A stretch of 64,000 nt of DNA from Pseudomonadota bacterium. GTDB taxonomy: Bacteria; Desulfobacterota; Desulfobacteria; Desulfobacterales; JAHIVH01. This document shows positions 9,474 through 18,424 of this stretch, in pieces. Made by a program: the position numbers and the translations under genes. The notes under the pieces are model-generated. The model was not told where the DNA came from. It did not search any database and was given only the letters and a program-made list of their open reading frames with translations. Location: the NCBI GenBank assembly GCA_018816735.1, contig JAHIVH010000129.1:138628-202627 (forward strand), given 5' to 3'. Numbering within the stretch: the first letter of the stretch is position 1; each line of letters opens with the position of its first letter.

Positions 9474-10246
9474 AATTTCCCGCCTTGAACAGATCTGACG
9501 AAAAACAGAATGGCCAGAGACATGACAACAAGGATGGTGATATAAATTAATGCACCCGTGATGTCGGCTGACTCAAAGCTTAAATAAATCGCAGTCGGTA
9601 TAGTTTCTGTCTTCATGGTAGTAGCCCCTGCCAGCGTTACTGTTGCGCCGAACTCACCGATAGCTCTTCCCCAGACCAATAAAAAAGATCCCATAAGACC
9701 CCTGCCAGCCATGGGTATCACGACCTTTTGAAAGGTCTGTATTTTATTGTAACCTAAAGTCCGGGCCAGGTTTTCATATTCGGGGTCGATCCCTTCAAAC
9801 GTGGTTCTCAGTAATCTTATGGACAGGCCGACGATAACAAAAAATTGTGCAACAACAATCCCTTTTACCTCAAAGACAATGGCACCGAAATGGTGTTCAA
9901 TCTGTTTTCCAACAGCGGTGTTGAAAAAAATGAGCAACATCGCGCCAAGGGCTATGGGCGAAAGCACAATGGGCAGGTCTAACAGCGTATCAATAAAAGC
10001 CTTGCCGAAAAAAGACTGCCGTGAAAACAAATACGCAACCGGGACAGAAGAAAGAATTGCAACAACAGATGAAATCGTGGCGGTTAACAGTGAAAGTTTG
10101 ATTGCAAACCAAATACGATCAAAATGAGGGAAGGACAATGCATTTGTGCCAGCGAGTTCAATAATCATGCTACCAAAAAGGCTGATAAACACGAATATGA
10201 GCAACACAGTCGCACCCCACATCAAGGTGTCAAAGGTGCGATTCAT
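9470..10246 (-). CDS. ABC transporter permease (ModB/WtpB-like)
   Basis: Six-TM permease with an EAA-type loop (YENLARTLGYNKIQTFQKVVIPMAGRGL). It abuts the binding-protein gene. Confidence 0.85.
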   Translation of the reverse strand: MNRTFDTLMWGATVLLIFVFISLFGSMIIELAGTNALSFPHFDRIWFAIKLSLLTATISSVVAILSSVPVAYLFSRQSFFGKAFIDTLLDLPIVLSPIALGAMLLIFFNTAVGKQIEHHFGAIVFEVKGIVVAQFFVIVGLSIRLLRTTFEGIDPEYENLARTLGYNKIQTFQKVVIPMAGRGLMGSFLLVWGRAIGEFGATVTLAGATTMKTETIPTAIYLSFESADITGALIYITILVVMSLAILFFVRSVQGGKL

Positions 10247-11113
10247 TTATTTTTTCCATAAATCTTTGATAATTTCGAAATATTTGTCGGGAAGGGTATA
10301 TAGACCACCGACAGCAGCCTCTGGCGCAAATTTTTTTGCATCTTCCAGAATACTCAAGTACCCGTATTTTTTATAAATGGATTTTCCTATCGGTGAAAGG
10401 GTATATTCAATGAAGGCCTTTGAAAGATTGACGTCCTTGGTATACACGGGAATTGATATCGGGATATATGAAATTCTAGGTATTTGTTTCGGATTGATAG
10501 CTACAAATTCCATGCGCTCCGGATTCCAGAAATGAAACACGCGCCAGCCGAGAATGGCATCAACCTTATTCAACGCTGCCAAATTCGCTGTTTTTGAACA
10601 GGAGCCCCCGAAGGTAACCACATTTTTTAAAACCGGTTCCAAGAGACTATTTTTTTCCAGTAGTTCTATACCGTATAAACCTAGGCACACCGTTTCCGGA
10701 TTCCCGATCCCCAAGCGAAGGCCTGGCCGGGTCAGATCCTCCAATGTATGGATATTTGCGGGATTACCCGCTGGCGTGATAATGGCTGGAACAAGGTAGG
10801 CAACGATTTGATCACTGTTTTCAATGATCAGTTTTTTCTTTTCGGCAATGATAATATAATCCGGTGACCCCGGCAAATAGATCTCACCCTTTTTCGATAA
10901 CTCGATTTGAGAAAGCAAGGTGCCCGATCCGCCGAAAATCATATTGACTTCGACATTCTTGTCTTCCTTGAATTTTGCGGCGATCTCCTCCATGGCCGGT
11001 TTATTGGCAGAGCCGCAAAATACTGTTATGGATTGCATCTCGGCAAACCCATTTTCCCACCCAATGCATACAATTAATAAGACCATTAATAAAACGATTC
11101 TGAACCTGTTCAT
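10247..11113 (-). CDS. Periplasmic molybdate/tungstate-binding protein (ModA/WtpA-like)
   Basis: Signal peptide, then ModA-like motifs (ITVFCGSANKPAMEEI, IFGGSGTLLSQIE, LPGSPDY). First gene of the ABC operon. Confidence 0.8.
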   Translation of the reverse strand: MNRFRIVLLMVLLIVCIGWENGFAEMQSITVFCGSANKPAMEEIAAKFKEDKNVEVNMIFGGSGTLLSQIELSKKGEIYLPGSPDYIIIAEKKKLIIENSDQIVAYLVPAIITPAGNPANIHTLEDLTRPGLRLGIGNPETVCLGLYGIELLEKNSLLEPVLKNVVTFGGSCSKTANLAALNKVDAILGWRVFHFWNPERMEFVAINPKQIPRISYIPISIPVYTKDVNLSKAFIEYTLSPIGKSIYKKYGYLSILEDAKKFAPEAAVGGLYTLPDKYFEIIKDLWKK

Positions 11114-11150
11114 TCTTTTTCTTTTTCCTTTTCATTCTATGAAGTTTTTT

Positions 11151-11202
11151 TGCACTCAATAATCACCCATCCTTAAAACACTTCCCGAGTTTCTGCACTC
11201 AA
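11151..11202 (-). promoter_or_regulatory. Two copies of the 9-mer TGCACTCAA (plus-strand reading), 43 bp apart, in the promoter region of the oxyanion ABC operon
   Basis: Copies at 11151-11159 and 11194-11202, both followed by xAA and preceded by a T-run. They lie between the regulator gene end (11252) and the binding-protein start (11113). Confidence 0.3.
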
Positions 11203-11251
11203 CAAATCGATTCAGCCCCAACCGCTATTGCCCGTTTTATTTTACCGTAAG

Positions 11252-12286
11252 CTACACCGTTTCTTCATCACCCGTTGTCCGGGTATCTATTCCTTTAAAA
11301 CGGGTTAAGTTTTTTCTATAGCTCACGCTGCGAATGACCTTACGCAAGCCCACGATGCGAGGATCTTTTTCCATGTATTTGGGGTAGCATAAATCAAATG
11401 TTTCCTGACTGACCTGAAGAAATTCAAGACCGGCCTGTTCGGCGGCCAGACGGTGGCAGACACCCGCGTCCACCCATCCCTGTCGCACGGCCATGGTGAC
11501 CTCCCAGTGATTTTGGGCTACATTCTTGATGGCCCTGTCGCTTGGCAGAACCTTGTCCTGGCACCTACGGGCTCCGGAACCTTGCTTGCGGCCAATCCAA
11601 CGAATGTGAGGAGAAACGGTTTTCCTAATCTCCGTCAAGCCTTCTCCGGGGCGTACGGCTATGCCTTCGTGCCAAACCGCACCCCTTAACAAACCAAATC
11701 CCTTGCCCAGAAGGTCGCAAACCACGGATGCATTACCCCCAGGTTCATCGATTTCCCGGAGGTGCGTGCCTGCCACATGCACCACTCCTTGTTTGAGCAA
11801 AGAAAGCGCTTCATTACTGGAGCGGTGAAAGGACAACACGCGCATACCAGTCTTTGCGCCTATCATGGCCGATAGGAGCCCCACCGCCGGATCGCAAGAG
11901 GCCATGATCAGTGTCATACTTGAGGCGTCTGACGAAAGCGGTTTTCGTGATCGGCCATCGAACCAACCGTCAGGCGGCAGAATGTTGTAAGGCAAAGGTT
12001 CTACCGGAAAAGCCAGAACTTTTTGGTCGAAAGAGGCTTCCCAGTATGCCGGAAAATCTTGGGTGGGATGCCATGCCCAAGCGATGGTGGCACCTTCCCC
12101 TTCTTCGGAGAACAATTCTTCAACCGTACAATCAAGTGCACGTGCTAATGCCAGCGCCGCATGCACTGATGGAACCAGCGCGCCGTTTTCGATGGCGGCA
12201 ATGCGGGAACGTGAAACATTTGAGCGACGGGCCAACTCTGCCTGTGTCCAATTTTTCTTATTGCGGAAAATACGTAAACGGGACAT
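11252..12286 (-). CDS. XRE-family HTH regulator fused to a periplasmic-binding-protein-like (PBP-like) sensor domain
   Basis: N-terminal HTH (WTQAELARRSNVSRSRIAAIENG) followed by a ~270-aa PBP-fold-like domain. Located immediately upstream of the molybdate/tungstate ABC operon. Confidence 0.7.
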   Translation of the reverse strand: MSRLRIFRNKKNWTQAELARRSNVSRSRIAAIENGALVPSVHAALALARALDCTVEELFSEEGEGATIAWAWHPTQDFPAYWEASFDQKVLAFPVEPLPYNILPPDGWFDGRSRKPLSSDASSMTLIMASCDPAVGLLSAMIGAKTGMRVLSFHRSSNEALSLLKQGVVHVAGTHLREIDEPGGNASVVCDLLGKGFGLLRGAVWHEGIAVRPGEGLTEIRKTVSPHIRWIGRKQGSGARRCQDKVLPSDRAIKNVAQNHWEVTMAVRQGWVDAGVCHRLAAEQAGLEFLQVSQETFDLCYPKYMEKDPRIVGLRKVIRSVSYRKNLTRFKGIDTRTTGDEETV

Positions 12287-12405
12287 GGTTATCCTCCTAT
12301 TTTGTCAGGATTTATTACACGGTGTCAGGAAGCTGTCAAGCCTTTTTGAGCTTTACGATGGATGCGATAATGATGGAATTGTGGATCGGAATTATTATGA
12401 CACTA

Positions 12406-13002
12406 TTAAAACTGCACTTTTACCGGGTTTAAAAGGCCCGTGGAGAGTATGGCAAATATCGTTTCAATGATTTCCTCCATGGAGTGATCATCGGTTTCAT
12501 TCACCTGATTGTTGCAGAGGGATTCGATGATTCCTATCAGAGCAGTGGCGGAGAGATGCTGGTTCAGGGGTTTTAAATAGCCTCGTTCCTGACCGGTTTG
12601 AAGAATGTTTGTCACAAAGTCTATGAATTGGTTCCGGATTTGTTTTATTTCCGTGAGTGTCTCCGGATCAAGGCCGCTTGACAGCTCGTTTACATAAATT
12701 TTGGTGACTTCGCTGTGCTTGAGGTAAAGCCTGATGCTGCTCGATAAAAGCAGCCGGAAGTGGTCCAGAAAGGGAAGATCCGATTCAAGTTCCTTGCTGA
12801 TGGTCTGCATGATTTTTTTCATGCCGTCTGTGACGGTAGCCGCAAAGAGTTTGGATTTGCTTGAATAGTTGTAATAAAGGGTGCCTTTGGCCACCTTGGC
12901 CACATTTGCAATCTCATCCATTTTTGCCTGATGAAATCCCTTTTCGGAGAAGATTTTCGTGGCAGCTTTCAGTATTTTCTGTTGTTTTGTAAGGTTCTGC
13001 AT
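12406..13002 (-). CDS. TetR/AcrR-family transcriptional regulator
   Basis: N-terminal TetR HTH (ILKAATKIFSEKGFHQAKMDEIANVAKVAKGTLYYNYSSK). About 200 aa. Confidence 0.85.
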   Translation of the reverse strand: MQNLTKQQKILKAATKIFSEKGFHQAKMDEIANVAKVAKGTLYYNYSSKSKLFAATVTDGMKKIMQTISKELESDLPFLDHFRLLLSSSIRLYLKHSEVTKIYVNELSSGLDPETLTEIKQIRNQFIDFVTNILQTGQERGYLKPLNQHLSATALIGIIESLCNNQVNETDDHSMEEIIETIFAILSTGLLNPVKVQF

Positions 13003-13048
13003 GGGACGGTATCCTACATCTTTTTTGATAAAAAGGGAAGGGTTTGAA

Positions 13049-14641
13049 TTACCTTTTGTTTAACGTGCGAAAGAGTGTTTTGTTTTTTTGATAAAGGGAT
13101 TTGAAAACATCAAAGTTACGATCGTAAACTGCCCGGTATTCCGGCTGGGGATGAAAACTGCTTCCCATGGGGATCAATTCTTTTGCACCTTTGAAGGTCG
13201 GGAGTATTTTTAACCCCACCCCGCAGACAATGGCGGCGCCGACCGTTCCGATATCCTGGGGATATTTAACCGTTCGGATTTTCCTGCCTGTCACATCTGC
13301 CATGATCTGGCACCAGACATCGGATTTGGCCCCACCACCTACGAAACAGATGCTTTTCTGAAATGGAATTTTCTTTTCCATGGCTTCCAGTATCCATCTT
13401 TTGTGATAGGAGACGCCTTCAAGCACTGCCCGGATCATCTGGCGTTTACCGGTGTTCATGCCGATGTTGAAGAATATGCCCCGTGCGTTTGCATCTTCTC
13501 TGGGCGCACGATTGCCATGGAGCCAGGGTGTAAAGATGAGATTGCCTGCGCCAGGCTCGGTTTCTGCCACCACCTGGTTCAGGAGTTTGTAAAGATCTTC
13601 CATCTGTTCTTCAGGGTCTTTTTTTCCCTGAAGATAGATGCCTATTTCGTCTAAAGCCAGATGGTCCCGGACCCATTTCAGGCACGCGCCGGATGTTTCC
13701 TGTTCACCCACATAATTGTATCTTCCGGGCACAGCACCCAGAATGGACGCCATGAAATTTTCAATATCGACCCATCGTTTGTTCACATTGGCAGCCACCC
13801 ACCCTGATGTTCCCACGTAAATATGGGTATCAAAAAGGTCCAGGCAACCCGATCCGATTGCGGCCATGGTCACATCGCCGCCCCCGCCAAATACCGGAAT
13901 ACCTGGAGAAAGACCTGTTTCAGATGCGGCATTTGCGCTGAGGGTGCCCACCACATCTGTGGCATGGACGACTTTTGGCAGATGATCCATATTCACACCG
14001 AATGTGTGGCAGAGACCGGGGTGCCATTTTTCCTTTCCGGGCCGGGTGTCGTAAATGAACGTGACATGGGCGGAATCACGGGTCATGCCGATTTTTCCGG
14101 TACACCTCAAAATCAGGTAATCTTTGACATCCAGCCATTTGTGGACTTTTTTGAAGATGGCGGGCTCGTTCTCGCGAACCCAATGGTATTTCCAGAGCGG
14201 ATCCTTGGGGGTGGCGGCAACACCTCCGGTTATTCGCAAGGCATTCAATGCTTTTATCAAATTCATGCCGCTGATTCTCAACAATCCATGGCAGAGATGG
14301 TCTTCCATCTGGCGTGTGGCCCGCCCGTCCATGTATATCATGGGATTCCTCAATGCATTTCCCTGACGGTCCACGAGTATTGACCCCTGCATCTGGCAGC
14401 AGAACGCCAGACCTTTGATTGCATCCGGTGCAAGGGATGCTTTTGCGAGCACTTCCCTGCTTGTGGTGCAAACCGCCTGCCACCAGTCATCTGCTTTTTG
14501 TTCAACGCCGCCGTCATCCGTAACATGAAGGGGATATTCGGCAAGTGCTGCACCCAAAAGATCCAGCGTTTTTCCGATACGGTAAAGGCAGGTTTTGCAC
14601 CCGGTGGTTCCCAGGTCATAGGTCAGTACGAACGTATCCAT
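13049..14641 (-). CDS. FGGY-family carbohydrate kinase (xylulokinase/ketose-kinase-like)
   Basis: FGGY N-terminal motif YDLGTTGCKTCLY and C-terminal motif FVGGGAKSDVWCQIMADVTG. I prefer the start at ATG 14641 (RBS AAGAGG 7 nt upstream), because a strong promoter-like element lies inside the longer 14707 ORF. Confidence 0.85.
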   Translation of the reverse strand: MDTFVLTYDLGTTGCKTCLYRIGKTLDLLGAALAEYPLHVTDDGGVEQKADDWWQAVCTTSREVLAKASLAPDAIKGLAFCCQMQGSILVDRQGNALRNPMIYMDGRATRQMEDHLCHGLLRISGMNLIKALNALRITGGVAATPKDPLWKYHWVRENEPAIFKKVHKWLDVKDYLILRCTGKIGMTRDSAHVTFIYDTRPGKEKWHPGLCHTFGVNMDHLPKVVHATDVVGTLSANAASETGLSPGIPVFGGGGDVTMAAIGSGCLDLFDTHIYVGTSGWVAANVNKRWVDIENFMASILGAVPGRYNYVGEQETSGACLKWVRDHLALDEIGIYLQGKKDPEEQMEDLYKLLNQVVAETEPGAGNLIFTPWLHGNRAPREDANARGIFFNIGMNTGKRQMIRAVLEGVSYHKRWILEAMEKKIPFQKSICFVGGGAKSDVWCQIMADVTGRKIRTVKYPQDIGTVGAAIVCGVGLKILPTFKGAKELIPMGSSFHPQPEYRAVYDRNFDVFKSLYQKNKTLFRTLNKR

Positions 14642-14677
14642 AAAGAGCCTCTTGGATGTTTGATTTTTTCTTGACCT

Positions 14678-14707
14678 ACTATAGGGGAGGCGGTATGGTT
14701 CTGTCAA
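14678..14707 (-). promoter_or_regulatory. Sigma-70-type promoter candidate (TTGACA-18 nt-TATAGT on the minus strand)
   Basis: Reverse complement of 14702-14707 is TTGACA, and of 14678-14683 is TATAGT, with a counted 18-nt spacer. It sits about 35 nt upstream of ATG 14641. Confidence 0.5.
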
Positions 14708-14714
14708 CTTTAAA

Positions 14715-14728
14715 ACCGACTGGTCAGT
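14715..14728. promoter_or_regulatory. Second copy (12/14) of the ACTGACCGGTCAGT palindrome
   Basis: Minus-strand reading is tttgaACTGACCAGTCGGTttt, followed after 7 nt by the -35 TTGACA. This is the same architecture as the 4415-4428 site. Confidence 0.45.
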
Positions 14729-14746
14729 TCAAATATACCGTGATGC

Positions 14747-16195
14747 CTACACAATAAAATTCTTCTCGGAAAATGTCTCCGGATCAGTATAGGTGATTTT
14801 TGTGAGATACGTATGGAGGTCAATATCTGCCTTGGCTGTATATTTTTTAAAGGTATAGGTCAGGACCACCTTGTTTTCCGGAGAAGGCTGGATGGCAAAG
14901 TCTCCTTTGAAGGCCGGATAAGTGTTCCTGAATTCCATCAACCGGATCAGTCTTTGCACAACCGGTTTTTTTACGGCGTCATCAATTTCATCCAGGGTAA
15001 AATTGTGCCGGTTGATATCTCTTCCGTTTCGGGTTTTCTCTACCAGATCGATATCGTTTTCCCCGGCCAGAAGACCGACATAGTAAACCTGGGGCACGCC
15101 AGGTGCAAAAAACTGGATGGTCCTTGCGGCAATATAGGAATTATCGTTACATTCCAGAGCCGAGTAGTAGGTGCAGTTCACCTGATAAATATCAAGGTTC
15201 TGATAGGCTTCGCTGGAATAAACCGGTTTGACGTTTGAGCCTTTTTCATAAAGCCCGTTTATGGTTTTTTCAATGTCTGACGCTGTCATGAGATCTTCAA
15301 CATCCACCACCCCTATGCCGTCATGGGTATCTAAAGTGGTCACCTGTTTTCTGGGGCATATCTGGAGCCAGTTTAAAAGAGCGGTATTGGTATGGTGATA
15401 CAATGTGTGAAGCACCAGCATGGGAAGGGCGAAGTCATAGACCCAGTACCCTTTTTCCGAAAGTTTTTTCTGATAGGTGTAGTGGCCGTGGACTTCCGGC
15501 AGAATCCGTGAGTCAAAAGGCGTCACAAAACCAGCTAACATTTCAAGAAGTTTCCAGACGTCAGGCTCGAGAAAAAAACAGTTGGTGCCCAGCTTGATGG
15601 TGGTATAGGCAAATGCATCCATCCGGATAAATTCCGGTTTTTTTCTTGAAAGGAAAATCAGAAAATCCCTGAACAGTTCCCGTGTCTTCGGGGATGTAAC
15701 ATCAAGGTCGATCTGTTCAAAGTCAAACGTGCACCAGAGGGTTTCAAGAGATCCGTCAGGACGTTGCACATCCTGAAAGGGCGGCCTAGGTTTCCGGGTG
15801 TATACTTTTTCAAGATCCTTTTTATCTATTTTTCCATCCGGGCTCAGTTTGTTGAAGCTCATAAATATATCCGCAAACTCGGAATCCTTTCCGTTTTCCA
15901 GATAATCGACGAAGTATTTGGATTGTCTTGAAATGTGGTTCACCATGAAATCGATCATAATATCATAGTCTTCCTGTATCATTTCAATGTCACGCCAGGT
16001 GCCGAATGCGGGGTCCACCTGATAATAGGTCATGGGGGCAAACCCCCTGTCTGCAGATGACGGGTAAAAGGGGAGAATATGGATGCCGCCCACTGCTTTC
16101 CTGAAATAGCGCCTCAATACGTAATGGAGTTCCTGAAGATTTTTACCCAGGCTATCCGGGTAGGTAATGACCTGAATTCTGTTTTTAAATGGCAT
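14747..16195 (-). CDS. GH13_18 sucrose-phosphorylase-family glycoside phosphorylase (donor specificity not determinable from sequence)
   Basis: Family motifs with the catalytic triad contexts intact: GGIHILPFYPSSADRGF, FIRMDAFAY (nucleophile Asp), LPEVHGH (acid/base Glu), LDTHDGIGV. Confidence 0.8.
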   Translation of the reverse strand: MPFKNRIQVITYPDSLGKNLQELHYVLRRYFRKAVGGIHILPFYPSSADRGFAPMTYYQVDPAFGTWRDIEMIQEDYDIMIDFMVNHISRQSKYFVDYLENGKDSEFADIFMSFNKLSPDGKIDKKDLEKVYTRKPRPPFQDVQRPDGSLETLWCTFDFEQIDLDVTSPKTRELFRDFLIFLSRKKPEFIRMDAFAYTTIKLGTNCFFLEPDVWKLLEMLAGFVTPFDSRILPEVHGHYTYQKKLSEKGYWVYDFALPMLVLHTLYHHTNTALLNWLQICPRKQVTTLDTHDGIGVVDVEDLMTASDIEKTINGLYEKGSNVKPVYSSEAYQNLDIYQVNCTYYSALECNDNSYIAARTIQFFAPGVPQVYYVGLLAGENDIDLVEKTRNGRDINRHNFTLDEIDDAVKKPVVQRLIRLMEFRNTYPAFKGDFAIQPSPENKVVLTYTFKKYTAKADIDLHTYLTKITYTDPETFSEKNFIV

Positions 16196-16216
16196 ATACG
16201 TTCCTGTGTGCTTAGG

Positions 16217-18424
16217 TTAGTCATTTATTTTTTTTGCTTTTTCGATGAACTGATAGTGGGAAATCCCTTCAAGAATGCCTCCTGCGCAGGGTTCATCTGC
16301 AAAATAGATATTTCTTGCACCTTTAAGGGGCTCAAGCTCATGACTGTAGTTTCCCACCACTACCCCCATGGGTTCACCTCTCAGCATTTCATCGTCGTTC
16401 CCGGAATCGCCGCAGACCAGAAAATTGCCGATGGGAATTTCCCATTTGTAGCTCAAATACCGGATGGCCTTTCCTTTGGACGCTCTATGGGGGAGAATGT
16501 CCAAAAACTGGTCATGGGAATATATCAGCGTATATCTGCAGCTGTTTTTGCTCAGAAGGTCATGGATAGTTGCCACACGGTCTTTGGAAGGGGGCATGTA
16601 ATAGCTTATCTTGTATTTTTTTTGGGTGTCATCTTCCTGATATTCGAGGAAATCAAGCTGATCAAGCAGTTCCTTTATTTTCTCCCTTTCCCATTTTTTT
16701 GAAATGTGCGATTCCCATCCTCTTGAGAACTGGAGTTGTTCCCCATAGTGGAGTTCCGAGCCCACCGATGAAATGATGAGATCCGGCAAGTCGATGTTGT
16801 GTTTTTTGAGGATCGCCACAGCAGATTCCACGGTTCTTCCGGTGGCCACGCCGAATCCGATTGTCTCTTTGTTTTCTTTCAGCAACCGGATCAGCTTTTT
16901 CAGTTTTGTATTGTCTTCTCCGATCAGTGTATTGTCGATATCTGTGACCAGGAAAGAATTGAGTTTGATGATGCGTCTGCCGATCATGTCAGACGGTTTG
17001 GCTGGTGTCAGATCAGATGCAGTGGATTTTTTCACAATCGGTTTCAGATCGTTGAGGTATTTTTTCACATGACTCTCCCAGGTGTATTTTTTGCGTATGT
17101 TCATCACACCATTTTTGGAGTAGGTCTTCCACAGATCGGCATCAGCGATGATTTTTTTTATGGCATGGCTGATTTGCCGGGTATCTGTGGGATCGACCAG
17201 AATGCCGCACTGACAGTTTTTAATAATGTCTTTGGGACCGCCATCCCGGGTGGCCACAACCGGAATGCCTGTGGCTGCGGCTTCGATAAGGGTCAGGCCA
17301 AATGGTTCCGTGAGCGCGACATTGACAAATACGCCTTTTTTTTCACCGGTAATGCGATACAGCTCAGGCACTTCATACTGAAAATCATGCTTCTTGGGAA
17401 TCGCCATTTTTCCGTAAAGGTCGTATTTGTCCATCAGAAGCAGCATGCGGGTCAAGACATCCTTTTCATTGTCGTCCTTCCGGGAGATGTCTTTCCTTAT
17501 GCCGGCAAAAATCGCCAGATTGGCCATGGACTGGAGTTCCTTGTCCTCACCATAGGCGCTCACCAGACCGCTGATGTTCTTTTTTTTATCCGGCCGGCAC
17601 AGGGTGAGGATAACCGGTTTATCCGGATTCATGAAAAAACGGTTCAGCTCTTCCAAAAGGGATGCATGGGCGTATAACTGATGCTCATTTAGTTCCGGTT
17701 CTGAGATTTTGCCGTAGTAATAGGGGTAGAACTTTTCAAGATCAAGGCCCGGAGGGATGACCTGGAAACGGGGAAGCCCGTTTAGGTGATAGGTTCCATA
17801 CTGCTGTTTGATTTCCTGGTTGGTGCTTGTGACAACCAGATCTGCTTTTTTAAGAATATCTTCTTCTGTTTGTATTCTGTAATTGATTTTGTATTTTTTT
17901 TCGATCTCGGTTTCATCAAGACCGTCATTTAACAGTTTCTGTTTTTTGGGCCTTCCCAGAGAGTGGCCCGTAAATATAAAGGGCGTGCCGAAAAATTCCG
18001 CCAGCTGACCTGCCACATATCCGCCATCCGCGTAATGCCCGTGAACGATATCCGGGATACACGCTTCGGTTTTTATGAATTTAATGGTCTTGTCGATGTA
18101 TTCGTCCAGGTGGGGCCACAGACGTTCTTTGCGGATGTATTTTTTACCCCCGCACTGGATTCTTATAATCCTGAATTTGTCATTGACGGTTTCAATTTCT
18201 TTTGCATAATCGGTAGAAACGGTTTTATCGGAAATCAGCCGTGTAAACAGATCCACGCGTTTGACTGTTTTTCCCCGGCTCAAGGCCCTTCCCAGTTCGA
18301 CCACATAATGGATCTGGCCGCCTGTGTCTGCATTTTTCCCCAGTTCCATGTTCTCTGAACGTAACAGGCCATGAATACTGAACATTTGAATATAGAGCGG
18401 TCTAGTCATCCGGTTTTTCTCCAT
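16217..18424 (-). CDS. Sucrose-phosphate synthase (GT4) fused to an SPP-type HAD phosphatase domain
   Basis: N-terminal half has SPS-like GT4 motifs (GGQIHYVVELGRAL, EPFGLTLIEAAATGIPVVAT). C-terminal half has all HAD motifs (TDIDNTL, VATGRT, GDSGNDDEML). I chose an internal start (ATG 18424 or 18409), since the longer ORF would overlap the upstream kinase gene by over 200 nt. Confidence 0.85.
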   Translation of the reverse strand: MEKNRMTRPLYIQMFSIHGLLRSENMELGKNADTGGQIHYVVELGRALSRGKTVKRVDLFTRLISDKTVSTDYAKEIETVNDKFRIIRIQCGGKKYIRKERLWPHLDEYIDKTIKFIKTEACIPDIVHGHYADGGYVAGQLAEFFGTPFIFTGHSLGRPKKQKLLNDGLDETEIEKKYKINYRIQTEEDILKKADLVVTSTNQEIKQQYGTYHLNGLPRFQVIPPGLDLEKFYPYYYGKISEPELNEHQLYAHASLLEELNRFFMNPDKPVILTLCRPDKKKNISGLVSAYGEDKELQSMANLAIFAGIRKDISRKDDNEKDVLTRMLLLMDKYDLYGKMAIPKKHDFQYEVPELYRITGEKKGVFVNVALTEPFGLTLIEAAATGIPVVATRDGGPKDIIKNCQCGILVDPTDTRQISHAIKKIIADADLWKTYSKNGVMNIRKKYTWESHVKKYLNDLKPIVKKSTASDLTPAKPSDMIGRRIIKLNSFLVTDIDNTLIGEDNTKLKKLIRLLKENKETIGFGVATGRTVESAVAILKKHNIDLPDLIISSVGSELHYGEQLQFSRGWESHISKKWEREKIKELLDQLDFLEYQEDDTQKKYKISYYMPPSKDRVATIHDLLSKNSCRYTLIYSHDQFLDILPHRASKGKAIRYLSYKWEIPIGNFLVCGDSGNDDEMLRGEPMGVVVGNYSHELEPLKGARNIYFADEPCAGGILEGISHYQFIEKAKKIND

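Noticed and set aside
11114-11251. Possible molybdenum-cofactor (Moco) riboswitch upstream of the molybdate/tungstate ABC operon.
   Set aside because: On the relevant strand I could not find the conserved Moco-motif blocks or a convincing multi-stem structure. Only a short CTCGGG-like fragment is present.
14642-14707. N-terminal 22-codon extension of the FGGY kinase ORF (MTEPYRLPYSRSRKNQTSKRLF).
   Set aside because: A near-consensus -35/-10 promoter lies inside it. The conserved FGGY N-terminus begins right after the internal ATG at 14641, which has a good RBS.
16799-17677. 292-aa plus-strand ORF, together with many similar 60-200-aa ORFs antisense to long genes (for example 11911-12432, 13823-14383, 41344-41952, 43425-43976).
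   Set aside because: They lie fully inside well-supported genes on the opposite strand. Their translations are low-complexity and lack motifs. These are typical shadow ORFs.
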